DNA from: a virus
Lineage: Duplodnaviria; Caudoviricetes
Length of the DNA: 64,000 bases
IMG/VR virus record: IMGVR_UViG_3300027819_000006
Strand: one strand, 5' to 3'
Numbering within the stretch: position 1 is the stretch's first letter; each line of letters starts with the position of its first letter. A model generated the notes under the pieces. That model worked only from the letters and a program-made list of their open reading frames with translations, had not been told where the DNA came from and did not search any database. Below, in pieces: positions 9,364-19,157 of this stretch. The position numbers were made by a program, and so were the translations under genes.

Positions 9364-10977
9364 CTAAGCATCTATTATGGCATCTAAAAAATATTTTGGA
9401 AATAAATTTTTGTTCATTTTTAGCATATTATCGAAACAGGAGTCTAGAATGTAAGTTTTAGCATAATCATTTTCACTCCTTATAGATCTACCATAAGACT
9501 GTAATATTTCTGCTACAGATTTCCATTGATACCAGTCAGGCATAGTTTTCAATCTTTTCTTTACTTTTGGTGATGCTAAATTTGGAAATGGCACTTTGAC
9601 TATAATCTGAAATCTAGACAAGTCGTCTTTCAAATCTATACCATTTGTCATAGACGGAGATACAATCACTGAAGCATTTGTTGATTCATAATGCTCTTGT
9701 AGCTTGTCTTCTCTGTCATCTATATCGTGAAATATCAATCTATCATTATCAATACTGTGCATAATGATATTAGATATTTCGTAGCTATTAGTATGAATTA
9801 TGCCTTTTTCATTTTTGTGCTTATTCAAAATTGTATTTATAACTTGAGGTAAGTCTTTATAAGTATCATGTTTCTCTCTGTATGACAGCTTACCGATATC
9901 TAAATTGTACACCAATCTATTCTTGACTTCAAATGGAGAATCTAGACTCATATATGCTACATCTTGTTTTAGACCCATGTAATTTTTGAAGAAATTTTTA
10001 TTAAGAATAGTACCAGACATGAATATTACATGATCATAGTTCTTCCATATCATTTCTAGATGATCTTTGCCCCAGACTAATTCTGTTTTCAACACAGTCA
10101 AACCATCTTTATCTTTCTCTTTATAAAATACCCATTTTTCTGTATTATCTTCAGATTCATTTATAAATCTGTTAAATTTACAAATTACTTTATCTAAAAA
10201 TGAATAATCTTTTAATATTTTCAATTTTACATTTTGCACTGCAGCTAACTTGCATTGTTCTTTCAATTCTTTGTATCTAATATTTAAAACTGGTATTAGA
10301 TCATCAGTTACAAATTTAATATAAGTTTCTATTGATCCAATTCTATCAAGCTTAGACAGAAGTCTTGCATTTTTTATACCCCATCTGTTCATAGAACTTC
10401 TAGATATTGTGGAAGAAATGAATTCACAGAACACTTCTTCAAATGAATGTGCTTCATCTACGAATAGAACATTAGAACATCTTTTTTCTATAAATGTTGG
10501 AACATATATTAAATATGATAAGTAGACATGAAAATTTGCTAAACCCACTTTAGCATTTAAAAATTCTTCATATGCAGCTTTAGATGGACAGAAACTGCAT
10601 TCTGTTTTATTGAGCTTGTTTAAATCTTGTCCATCATCACAAGTCAGATTCCATTTTTCGCAGTTATAGTTATTCTTACCTTTGATACTTCTGATGAAAT
10701 CAAAATCAGCAGTATATTGATTTTGTAGAATTTTAGTATTAGTTAGAATATCAAATTTAGCATTTTTATCTATATTCTCAACATACCACTTCATTGCCAT
10801 GACAGCAAAATAACTCTTACCACACCCTACAGAAACGTCTAATAATAAAAATTTCTTCTTAGAATTGATTGACTCTTTGAAGAAATTTAACATCTGGTCT
10901 TGTTGCTGTCTTGGATTATGCTTTAGAGTGATCATAGAAAATAAATGAATGCACCTATTATAGGAATTTTGCTCCAT
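9364..10977 (-). CDS. DinG/Rad3-like SF2 helicase
   Basis: VGCGKS Walker A, FVDEAH, MSGT, IIHTNSY, SPSMTNGIDL, QSYGRSIR motif VI. Confidence 0.9.
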   Translation of the reverse strand: MEQNSYNRCIHLFSMITLKHNPRQQQDQMLNFFKESINSKKKFLLLDVSVGCGKSYFAVMAMKWYVENIDKNAKFDILTNTKILQNQYTADFDFIRSIKGKNNYNCEKWNLTCDDGQDLNKLNKTECSFCPSKAAYEEFLNAKVGLANFHVYLSYLIYVPTFIEKRCSNVLFVDEAHSFEEVFCEFISSTISRSSMNRWGIKNARLLSKLDRIGSIETYIKFVTDDLIPVLNIRYKELKEQCKLAAVQNVKLKILKDYSFLDKVICKFNRFINESEDNTEKWVFYKEKDKDGLTVLKTELVWGKDHLEMIWKNYDHVIFMSGTILNKNFFKNYMGLKQDVAYMSLDSPFEVKNRLVYNLDIGKLSYREKHDTYKDLPQVINTILNKHKNEKGIIHTNSYEISNIIMHSIDNDRLIFHDIDDREDKLQEHYESTNASVIVSPSMTNGIDLKDDLSRFQIIVKVPFPNLASPKVKKRLKTMPDWYQWKSVAEILQSYGRSIRSENDYAKTYILDSCFDNMLKMNKNLFPKYFLDAIIDA

Positions 10978-11291
10978 TTATCAACAAATCTATCTTTCCA
11001 ATCTATTTCATTAGCTCGAATATAAATTCTATTTTCATCTTTTTCATCATACTCTATGTGATACAAATCAGTTTTAAAATATGCTTTACTTTCGCATAAC
11101 TTTATAATATGTTTTGCATCATCTACACATTCAATAGATATTTTTATATACTTTTTATCTCGCACTTTATCAAGCTCACGTAATCTTGAAAAATCAAAAT
11201 AGACGACTTTTTTTTCAGCATATTTTGCATTTTTCAATTGATTCAATTTATCTATGATTGAATCTACTATATCTTCTATACTTTCTGACAT
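10932..11291 (-). CDS. hypothetical protein
   Basis: 119-aa ORF. Confidence 0.45.
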   Translation of the reverse strand: MSESIEDIVDSIIDKLNQLKNAKYAEKKVVYFDFSRLRELDKVRDKKYIKISIECVDDAKHIIKLCESKAYFKTDLYHIEYDEKDENRIYIRANEIDWKDRFVDKWSKIPIIGAFIYFL

Positions 11292-11486
11292 TTATTCCTC
11301 TCTATTGTAATGAGACAAGTCTTTTATCAAATCTAAGTTTTTACCGCCTCTTCTTATATAATCTAATCCGCCGTCTGTAAATGTTTTATTTTCACATTTG
11401 CACATTTTAAAATCATGTCTATGCTTTGATTCTAAAATTTCTCCACAAGACAAACATTCACAGATATTTCTATACTGTTTTTGCAT
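11292..11486 (-). CDS. small Cys-rich phage protein
   Basis: CLSCGEILESKHRHDFKMCKC...DGGLDYIRR, a common phage motif. Confidence 0.6.
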   Translation of the reverse strand: MQKQYRNICECLSCGEILESKHRHDFKMCKCENKTFTDGGLDYIRRGGKNLDLIKDLSHYNREE

Positions 11487-11948
11487 TTACTTATCTCCAT
11501 AAATCCACACAATTGGCCACAAAAATCCAACTTTTCTTATTTCAATATCTCTTTTAGCATCTACTACAGCACATCTTGCATTTGCCAAATCTTTATTTGC
11601 TTGTGCTAATTGATCTACAATAGTTCTAATTGGAGAATCAGCATTTGCTACTACGAGTAGATTGCCATTATCTATATTTTTATTATCTTTGATTAGTCCA
11701 GATAGTTCTTTGACTCTGTTATCAAGAATCTGAATTCTTTCAAATTGTGTCCTGAGAGTTGCTAAGTTTTTAAAATGGCTATCTGAATTTACAGCAAATA
11801 TCAGCGAAGAAAATAAAAATAGTACTATAGAAAAGAATGCATAAATTCCAGTTTCAAAATGCTCATTATCACTATTTGTTTCATTTCTTCTAATATATGC
11901 TAAACTTGCAAATAATAAGCATATAGAATATAAAAATATGAATAACAT
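11487..11948 (-). CDS. membrane protein with coiled coil
   Basis: Two N-terminal TM segments. Confidence 0.5.
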   Translation of the reverse strand: MLFIFLYSICLLFASLAYIRRNETNSDNEHFETGIYAFFSIVLFLFSSLIFAVNSDSHFKNLATLRTQFERIQILDNRVKELSGLIKDNKNIDNGNLLVVANADSPIRTIVDQLAQANKDLANARCAVVDAKRDIEIRKVGFLWPIVWIYGDK

Positions 11949-11961
11949 TTCTATCTCCCTT

Positions 11962-12252
11962 TTAATTTCCAGATGACAGCATCAAAGTTTCTACAGAACC
12001 TAAAATTCTACTAATCATTCTTTTGTGATTTTCACAAGTTCTGATTTTATGTCTTATAAGAGATAGTTCTCCTCTTTGCTTATTTTCTAATGCTTCTGAC
12101 ATTTCATTGTGCAGAACAGAAATGTTCAAAGACTCTCCATCGTACTTCTTCCTTAATTGTAGCAGAATTTGCTCATAAGTAATATTATCTTCAGTATGAT
12201 TCATATGTAGTAGTGTCTTATAAAAGCTGTGCATTAGTGATATCTGAGCCAT
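11962..12252 (-). CDS. hypothetical protein
   Basis: 96-aa ORF. Confidence 0.4.
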   Translation of the reverse strand: MAQISLMHSFYKTLLHMNHTEDNITYEQILLQLRKKYDGESLNISVLHNEMSEALENKQRGELSLIRHKIRTCENHKRMISRILGSVETLMLSSGN

Positions 12253-13333
12253 CTTTTGTCTCAGAAAATATGATCTTGTTCAATCCAGTCTCTACTTTTG
12301 TGATTCTTTCTAAATTCTCTAAAAATCTCTGTGGTGTTCTGTAAGTCTTCAATTCTCTGTTAAATACAAATCTATACGGATTCAGTTCTATTTCTCTTGG
12401 TATCTGCCTTAGCACATCCATTTTATTGAATATTACATGAGTGCCTCCAATAGATTTAACAGCATGAATAATCTTGTCTAGATTCATTACACCAATTTTT
12501 CTTGGTCTACCAGTAGTTTCACCAACTTCTTGACCGATGTCTCTGATTAGAGATTCCATTCCTTTTTTAAAGATATATTCAAATGGTTGTTCTTTGAAGC
12601 CAGAATAAGTAGAATATACTTTACAAACTGCATATACATTTCTCAATAAGCTAACTGGCATGTTAAAAGTAGTAAAAAAATGTCCGGGATGCAAATGTGA
12701 GCTAGTGCAATATGGATAGGAGTCAGAATCTATAGAAATTTGCATCCCTTGACTCCCTTCTAGCAAACAGTTACCAGAAAACTTAGTACATTTATTGTGG
12801 TAGAAATCATCTTGTTCCATGTATACATCTTTTATTGTAAATCTGTCATTATACTGTTCTGATTTACCTGATTCAAATTCTTGATCTTTTATATCTTTTA
12901 ATCTAATTCCTGTTCTATTATATTTGTCGACATAGCATGGACCAATGCCTTGTCTAGTAGTTCCTATTTTTATATCTTTTCCATCATCCTCCAAATTCTT
13001 ATCAGTTATAATATGACACTTTGAAGATATAAACATTCTATCTTTTAGATCAAATATATTATAAAATTTATCATATTCATCAAAAAATTTCTTCAAATTT
13101 ATACAGCAGCCGGGTCCAATGATCACGTTTGTGCTCTTATTATATATTCCCGAAGATAGAAGATGGGTTACATATTTCTGCCCATCTGCATATACAGAAT
13201 GTCCAGCATTGCTCCCACCTGAATATCGGATACAATTTTTATAGTTTTCTGTATCGATGAGTCTTTTAGAAATCTTTCCCTTCGATTCGTCGCCTTTGTC
13301 TATTCCTATAACTGCATCTACAAATTTTATCAT
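12218..13333 (-). CDS. purA: Adenylosuccinate synthetase
   Basis: GDESKGK, GGSNAGH, IGTTRQGIGPCY, EGSQG, GETTGRPR, NKMD. Confidence 0.9.
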   Translation of the reverse strand: MIKFVDAVIGIDKGDESKGKISKRLIDTENYKNCIRYSGGSNAGHSVYADGQKYVTHLLSSGIYNKSTNVIIGPGCCINLKKFFDEYDKFYNIFDLKDRMFISSKCHIITDKNLEDDGKDIKIGTTRQGIGPCYVDKYNRTGIRLKDIKDQEFESGKSEQYNDRFTIKDVYMEQDDFYHNKCTKFSGNCLLEGSQGMQISIDSDSYPYCTSSHLHPGHFFTTFNMPVSLLRNVYAVCKVYSTYSGFKEQPFEYIFKKGMESLIRDIGQEVGETTGRPRKIGVMNLDKIIHAVKSIGGTHVIFNKMDVLRQIPREIELNPYRFVFNRELKTYRTPQRFLENLERITKVETGLNKIIFSETKDGSDITNAQLL

Positions 13334-14320
13334 AAAATCTTCAATTCTTTTAATTTATTTTTATCCCATAGTTCGATTGGAATTTTGATACACTCCTGTA
13401 ATAGTGCAGGATATTTTTCACTACCATCAAACCATCCTTTAACCTCTATTATTTTTAATATTTCCTTCTATATCATAAACTATAAAATCTGGTAAATAAC
13501 TTCTATCTCTTATTATACATATTCTAAATTGTTCATATTTCCAAATAATGTTATTATTGTCGAAATATTTAGCGACTTTTGCTTCCCAAGTAGATTTAAA
13601 ACATATACCATTATAATATATTTTCTTTCCATGAGCTCTTGGTTTGCCAAATCTGGGATTTTTAATCCCTTTGGCCACTCCCTTTGATTTTCTTGTATTG
13701 GAAACACTATTTGCTAATTTTATCAGCCTAACATCTGTTTCTTTAGTTAGCCCTTTTTGCCAAGATGTCCAGCCATTAGCTACTAATTCTTTTTTTCTAT
13801 CAGACATTCTTTTTTTAGTTTCTTCAGAATGATTTCTACCATAAAAAGAAGCATTCTCGCCTGTACAGGAACCTGTCAATATTTTAGTCATGCATCCTTT
13901 TTCATGCCATTCTCTAAATTTTTCATCTGTATCTTTAGTCTTTCCTTTTTGCCAATTCACTATATTTCCTAAAGCATACCCCTCTTTTATAACTTTCGAC
14001 ATATTGCTTCTATATTCTTCAGAAAATATTCGATGAGAATTTCTACAACCATAACACATATTGCACTCTGCTTTAACTTCATTAAGACATCCTTGAACAG
14101 CGCAATAATATGTTAAAGAAGCTACACATTCAGAGCATCTATCTCCTCTATATCCAGTTACTTTGCTTAATATATCTCCACAAGTAGTGCATCTTTTTCT
14201 GTTTTTATTATATTCTGCTGCTTCACATTCTTTGCAAAATTTACTTTTTCTTCTACCATCATAAATATTGTTGCATATATCAAAATTTGAACATTTCGTT
14301 ACTCTCATCTTCTTCTCCAA
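13330..14320 (-). pseudogene. Homing-type endonuclease (Cys-rich + NUMOD3 + PD-(D/E)xK), frameshift near 13450
   Basis: SFYGRNHSEETKKRMS, KSTWEAKVAKY...YLPDF; other frame continues IIEVKGWFDG...LKIL*, whose stop overlaps the purA ATG. Confidence 0.75.
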
Positions 14321-14321
14321 C

Positions 14322-14448
14322 TAGTAAAGCCGATTAGTATCATCCTGATAGGGTATCCTACTGGCTAATCGGCTTTACTACAAAGTATATTTATGATTAA
14401 CCTATCAGAATGATAATATAAATATACTCTTGGAGAAAAATAGTACAT
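14322..14448 (-). promoter_or_regulatory. Class II promoter plus X-Y-X'-Y' leader
   Basis: tagtaaagccgattag 14322-14337 / 14365-14380; (at)ctgatagg 14342-14352 / 14401-14411. Confidence 0.7.
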
Positions 14449-14461
14449 TTTAAGGTTGTAA

Positions 14462-14508
14462 CTTTGCCTCATCGCCTGCCTCCCCTCATAGACGCAATCT
14501 ACATACAT
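14462..14508 (-). pseudogene. Probable displaced N-terminal stub of purA
   Basis: ATG 4 nt after upstream stop; with one restored base reads MYVDCVYGGEAGDEAK vs intact FVDAVIGIDKGDESK. Confidence 0.6.
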
Positions 14509-14512
14509 GCTT

Positions 14513-14818
14513 CTATTTCCTTTCTAACAATCCTTTTCTCAACTTTGCAATGAAATAATCTACACAATCTACTAAATCGTCAGAATCACTGTATTTATCT
14601 GCATAGTAATTCACAATCTTTGTTATCTGTTCACAGTTAAAATTCAGCATTCTAAATGCTTCATTTTTATCATGCTCTTTGATAACTTCTGGATAGTTAT
14701 CTGTTATAAATTTCTTACATTTTGCCATAGCTTCATCACATGCAGTAGATCTATCTGGCCACATTCTAGTTGCATATTCTACTTCTAGTATGTTCTCATA
14801 TAGCTCTAAAATGTTCAT
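14513..14818 (-). CDS. hypothetical protein
   Basis: 101-aa ORF. Confidence 0.45.
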   Translation of the reverse strand: MNILELYENILEVEYATRMWPDRSTACDEAMAKCKKFITDNYPEVIKEHDKNEAFRMLNFNCEQITKIVNYYADKYSDSDDLVDCVDYFIAKLRKGLLERK

Positions 14819-15000
14819 TATTCCTCCGCTACTGATATTTCAAAAATTTCATAGCCAAAGTTCTTAGCATAGAAATGCTCTTTCATTTCTTCATCTGCAT
14901 CTTCATAGCTATCATATAGTTTAACTTCATCATTCTCTTCTTCTATGGGTATTATTTTAGTGCCCTTCTGGTTGAACATCATCACGAAGAACATAGTTTT

Positions 15001-16713
15001 TCACTTTCTAATTGAGAATTCATACAGTTTATTTTCAGAGTAGACTACTACTTTCTGTCCATTATTGCTAATTATCATATTGTCTAGCAGCTTGCTGTCT
15101 TTTATGACTATGTTTCTATCATCTGACATGGCAGAATAGAATATTTCTATTGCTTTATCTTCTATTTGAGAAATAGCTATTCCAGTATCGAGTACAGTGA
15201 AATTAACATCTTCAAAATCAATGTCTTCTACTAACTGAGATTTATATGTTTTGAATTCTTCATTGAATTTTACTGTCAGTTTATATTTAATTCCATCCTT
15301 GAACATTATAAACATAATAATATTCTTACATTTTTTAGCATTCAATATCTTATAACCATCTAATTCTTTGACATGCAAAATAGAGCAGCTAGATCTATTA
15401 TTGAAATAGTACGGAATACTCAAATGTATTCTGCCAAATATATCTGTAGCGCAGAATTCACTATAGATAGTTGTAGCATTTTCTAATATATCCCAACTAT
15501 TCTTCACATTTGGAATGATTCTTCCATTTATTTCTTTGAACTGTATTTCTGATAATTTTCCAGCACTTATAGCATATAGTCTGTTTTCAGATACAAATTT
15601 CTTGTTCACTGCAATAAATACATTGTTTAGCATTTTCTTTTTGTTGCAGTTAAATTCTAATAGTCTATTCTTTACGCTAACAGCAATCCATACATCTTCA
15701 TCTAAAAATATTATATGATCATCTTTATTGCAGTTTGTAGTTATATGATTGAACAGAAATTTGTCTGACATGAATACAGCATCTCTGTTAAAAACATTTT
15801 TATAGAATGTAATATCTGATCCATATGTTTTTAATAGCTTGAATTCAAATTTATCACTACCAGTAATTACTTGAGTTGAAGATCTAACCACTGTAAATGC
15901 ACCGGTTACATATGGAGGCGCTAATCTTTCTCCTTTTTCAAATATTTTTAGAAACCATTCTTTGTAGTCTCCAGGAATGTGTGAAAAATTTCTAACATTT
16001 GCAGGTACAGATACATCTTTATTGAAGACAGAGATATTAGACTTCATTCTGCCCTCTAAATCTTTTTTCTGAAATTTTGGATGTGTTCCTTTATATGGAT
16101 GAATGCCTACAAACATCTGACAAGATATGATTCCAAAGCTGAACCAGTCAGATTCAGCATTGAATTGTTTAGCATGCCAGTCTCTGATAGATGGCATAAT
16201 TACAGTAGCAGGATAATGTGGAGTCTGATATGAATCTACATCTATGAAATATGGAATTTTAAATTTTTCATCTACTAAAAAATTGAAATCATTACAATCT
16301 ACAATCAGACATTTCTTGTCATGAATGAATTGAATAGTAGATTGCATCTCTTTTGTAAGTTCTAATATAATATTGGCATTTATACTATTCTGTGTCCAAA
16401 ATGAATTAGCAAATAGCTTGCACAGAGGCAGAGTATTTTCTACATAATCCATAGTAAAGCCAATATATTTGCTTTTTGAATCAAATATTTGATCTTTAGG
16501 GATTAGAACATTATTTTTATTTAAGCTTTTTAATTCTTGTATTTTATCAATAGCTATAGCATGTTTAGCATCTTGATATATTTTATAGACTACTCCATTC
16601 TTAGAATATAAATCTGCCTCTCCCCCAGCTCCAAGGAAATCGTTTTGAGAAAGAATAGTTTTAATTCCAGCTACAGAAACACTTAATTTGCTATTCATCT
16701 CTATTCTCCACAA
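15001..16713 (-). CDS. Ser/Thr kinase-like protein (TerY-P triad type)
   Basis: GAGGEADLY, VYKIY, IVDCNDFNFLV, FIDVDSYQ, DWFSFGII, GIHPYKG. Confidence 0.8.
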   Translation of the reverse strand: MWRIEMNSKLSVSVAGIKTILSQNDFLGAGGEADLYSKNGVVYKIYQDAKHAIAIDKIQELKSLNKNNVLIPKDQIFDSKSKYIGFTMDYVENTLPLCKLFANSFWTQNSINANIILELTKEMQSTIQFIHDKKCLIVDCNDFNFLVDEKFKIPYFIDVDSYQTPHYPATVIMPSIRDWHAKQFNAESDWFSFGIISCQMFVGIHPYKGTHPKFQKKDLEGRMKSNISVFNKDVSVPANVRNFSHIPGDYKEWFLKIFEKGERLAPPYVTGAFTVVRSSTQVITGSDKFEFKLLKTYGSDITFYKNVFNRDAVFMSDKFLFNHITTNCNKDDHIIFLDEDVWIAVSVKNRLLEFNCNKKKMLNNVFIAVNKKFVSENRLYAISAGKLSEIQFKEINGRIIPNVKNSWDILENATTIYSEFCATDIFGRIHLSIPYYFNNRSSCSILHVKELDGYKILNAKKCKNIIMFIMFKDGIKYKLTVKFNEEFKTYKSQLVEDIDFEDVNFTVLDTGIAISQIEDKAIEIFYSAMSDDRNIVIKDSKLLDNMIISNNGQKVVVYSENKLYEFSIRK

Positions 16714-17501
16714 TAAATAGCTGCTACAGACACATCGTCATAGTTGACAATTCCTTCTTTTTCATAATCTTTCATCAGTTTATACATTCGTCTTTTGACA
16801 AATTCACCAGTGTGATTCTTGAATGCTATAACATCTTTTACTACTCTGTCTATTGGAATATTTTCACCAGTGCTTTTGTTGAAGAAAGAAGATAATCCAT
16901 CAGAAGCAATGCAGACATATTTCAGATTTTTATATTGATGATCTCTAATCGTAAAAGTATAATCAAACGCATCGTTAAAATATTTGATCTCTTCTTCTAT
17001 TTTGTTATTGAAATATAGTTTTTCACTTTTTATAGAAACACTAGTTAACGAAGCTATATACTGATTTTGTCTATCTATATCGAAATAGTAACTTAAATAG
17101 AATGGAGCATTGTTAGAATATTTCAGTTCATAATGATATGTTTCATCATTTCCGTAACAAAATATTAGATTACCATCGCCAAAAATTTTTACATCTACAA
17201 GATCATCATTTACCTTACAAATTATTAGCGTTGCATCTAAACTTTCTTGCTCTAATCCTAATCTATCAATTGTTTCTTTACAATGTTCAAATACAGATAT
17301 ATCAAAATCATCATCTCTAACATGTCTTAGTACTTCTTTTTTAAAATGTTGTAACAACACTCTTGCTCCAATATCTGTATTTGGAGAAGATGAACAACCA
17401 TCTCCAATCATTACAAAAGGAAATGGTTTCATTACAGATAGAGCATAATCTTGACAGATGTGATGTTGTCTAGTTCCTGTGAAGAAACAGTCAGAGTTCA
17501 T
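16701..17501 (-). CDS. PP2C-like protein phosphatase
   Basis: TGTRQHHICQDYA, IGDGCSSS, FGDG, IASDGL, NYDDVS. Confidence 0.85.
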   Translation of the reverse strand: MNSDCFFTGTRQHHICQDYALSVMKPFPFVMIGDGCSSSPNTDIGARVLLQHFKKEVLRHVRDDDFDISVFEHCKETIDRLGLEQESLDATLIICKVNDDLVDVKIFGDGNLIFCYGNDETYHYELKYSNNAPFYLSYYFDIDRQNQYIASLTSVSIKSEKLYFNNKIEEEIKYFNDAFDYTFTIRDHQYKNLKYVCIASDGLSSFFNKSTGENIPIDRVVKDVIAFKNHTGEFVKRRMYKLMKDYEKEGIVNYDDVSVAAIYCGE

Positions 17502-17503
17502 AG

Positions 17504-17851
17504 TTAATATGTTTCTTTATAGAGATAGCTCATAACATCAAGTAAAGAATGAATGACACCTCTTAATCTGTCAATTTCATTTTCTAATTCTCTATCAGAT
17601 CCATACATCATATCTTGAAGATTGTTTCTATCTCTTTCTACTGTCTCAATAATATCTACTAACTCTTCTTTCAATATATTATCTAACTGTGTTCTGTCTA
17701 TATTGATTCTTAGATGCTCTGTTTTATGCTTATCGACAATATTTTTGAAAGTTCTTTTTCTATTTCTTTTTTCATAGTCTTTTTCATTTTCTCTTGGAGC
17801 AGTAGCAGCTAATAGAGCATCTATTTCATCTTGACTTAGAATATCTGGCAT
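17504..17851 (-). CDS. hypothetical protein with FliM-like N-terminal CheY-binding peptide
   Basis: Starts MPDILSQDEIDALLA. Confidence 0.55.
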   Translation of the reverse strand: MPDILSQDEIDALLAATAPRENEKDYEKRNRKRTFKNIVDKHKTEHLRINIDRTQLDNILKEELVDIIETVERDRNNLQDMMYGSDRELENEIDRLRGVIHSLLDVMSYLYKETY

Positions 17852-17860
17852 TCAATGCTC

Positions 17861-19034
17861 CTAAAATGTTAATTGCTGTGATTTGTTGTTTATAATACAA
17901 TTTAAATCTTCTTTAAATAAAATATGATATATTTTAGATTCTTTTTCATATAAACGCAAAAAATTTGCTATTTTTACTTTGCTGTTTTCATATGTATAAA
18001 TTGATTTAACTTCTTCTATTCTTATCAAATTATCATTTTCGTCATATATGAAAAAATCGGGAGTATATGTAGTTCCATCTAGTTTATAAGTTATTTCTTC
18101 ATATTTTGATATAGAATCTAAAAATTGAGCTCTTTCTAGTTCATAAGATGATTTTAAATATGTTTTGTTATATATTTTGTCCATCTATCAGTATTAGTGT
18201 ATTTATCATGCCACATTAATAAAGCTGTTTTCAAACCATATTTTTCAATCCAAACATCGAAAACAGATTTACCATACATTCCATTATTTTTACCATAAGT
18301 TGGGCAAGTTTCGCCTGTCAGACCTAATCTGTACGGAATAATTTCTCCTGAAGCATATTTTATTTTTAATGCGTCAGAAATATTTTTTTACATTCATCTG
18401 ATAGAGGAATTCCAAAACTGTGTGATAATTCTCCAGTAAGACCTTTATTCCACTGAATTCTGCCATTAGCAAATTGATCTTTTAACGTTATAGATACATT
18501 TTCTGACTGTTTTCTAACTCCGTCGCTAGTTTCTTTAGTGAGACCAGTATTCCACTGAATTCTTTCATTGGCAAACTGATATTTTAAAGTTTCTGAAATC
18601 TGCTGCTTCTCTTCTTCAGTGTGTAATCTTCCAAAATTATGGCATAGTTCTCCAGTCAATCCATAATTCCATGCATTTTCTCCTCTAGTTTTTTCATTTC
18701 TGTCTTCCCATCTCCCACTTCCTTCTTCTTCTCCATATTTTTCTATTATTACATTTTTTATTCCTCTACAAAAGACACTATGTTCTGACATATATTCAGA
18801 TAATTTGTAGTTATTACACTTCCGACATAGTTCTGCACTTCTGTTCTTTTTGTTTCCACATTTGCAAAATTTTAAAGATAGATAATACGATAAATTAGTG
18901 TTATTTTTTATTTCGATACTGAGATCTTCTATTTTATTAATGTTTTTATCTATTTTATAGTCACATTCTTTACAAACATTAGTAATATTGTTGAGCGATA
19001 ATTTGTTTGTGTTGCATATGCTGCATAATTTCAA
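17861..19034 (-). pseudogene. Homing-type endonuclease (Cys-rich, WNxGLT repeats, PD-(D/E)xK), multiple frameshifts
   Basis: Pieces 18366-19034, about 18184-18365 and 17861-18184 (KSSYELE...YTPDFFIY...IEEVKS). Confidence 0.7.
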
Positions 19035-19047
19035 GTTATTTCTCCAA

Positions 19048-19157
19048 ATAATAAAGCCTATAGTAATTGGTACAGAAATAATATTGCTATTAAGTCTTCA
19101 CTATAGGCTTTATTATTTCTGTACCAATATAAATATATTAAGAAAATTAAAATACAA
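19048..19157 (-). promoter_or_regulatory. Class II promoter plus X-Y-X'-Y' leader
   Basis: attggtacagaaataat 19066-19082 / 19112-19128; ataataaagcctatagt 19048-19064 / 19100-19116. Confidence 0.75.

Noticed and set aside
12218-13333. PurZ (diaminopurine pathway) instead of PurA
   Set aside because: The P-loop reads GDESKG with the catalytic Asp; PurZ has Ser at this position.
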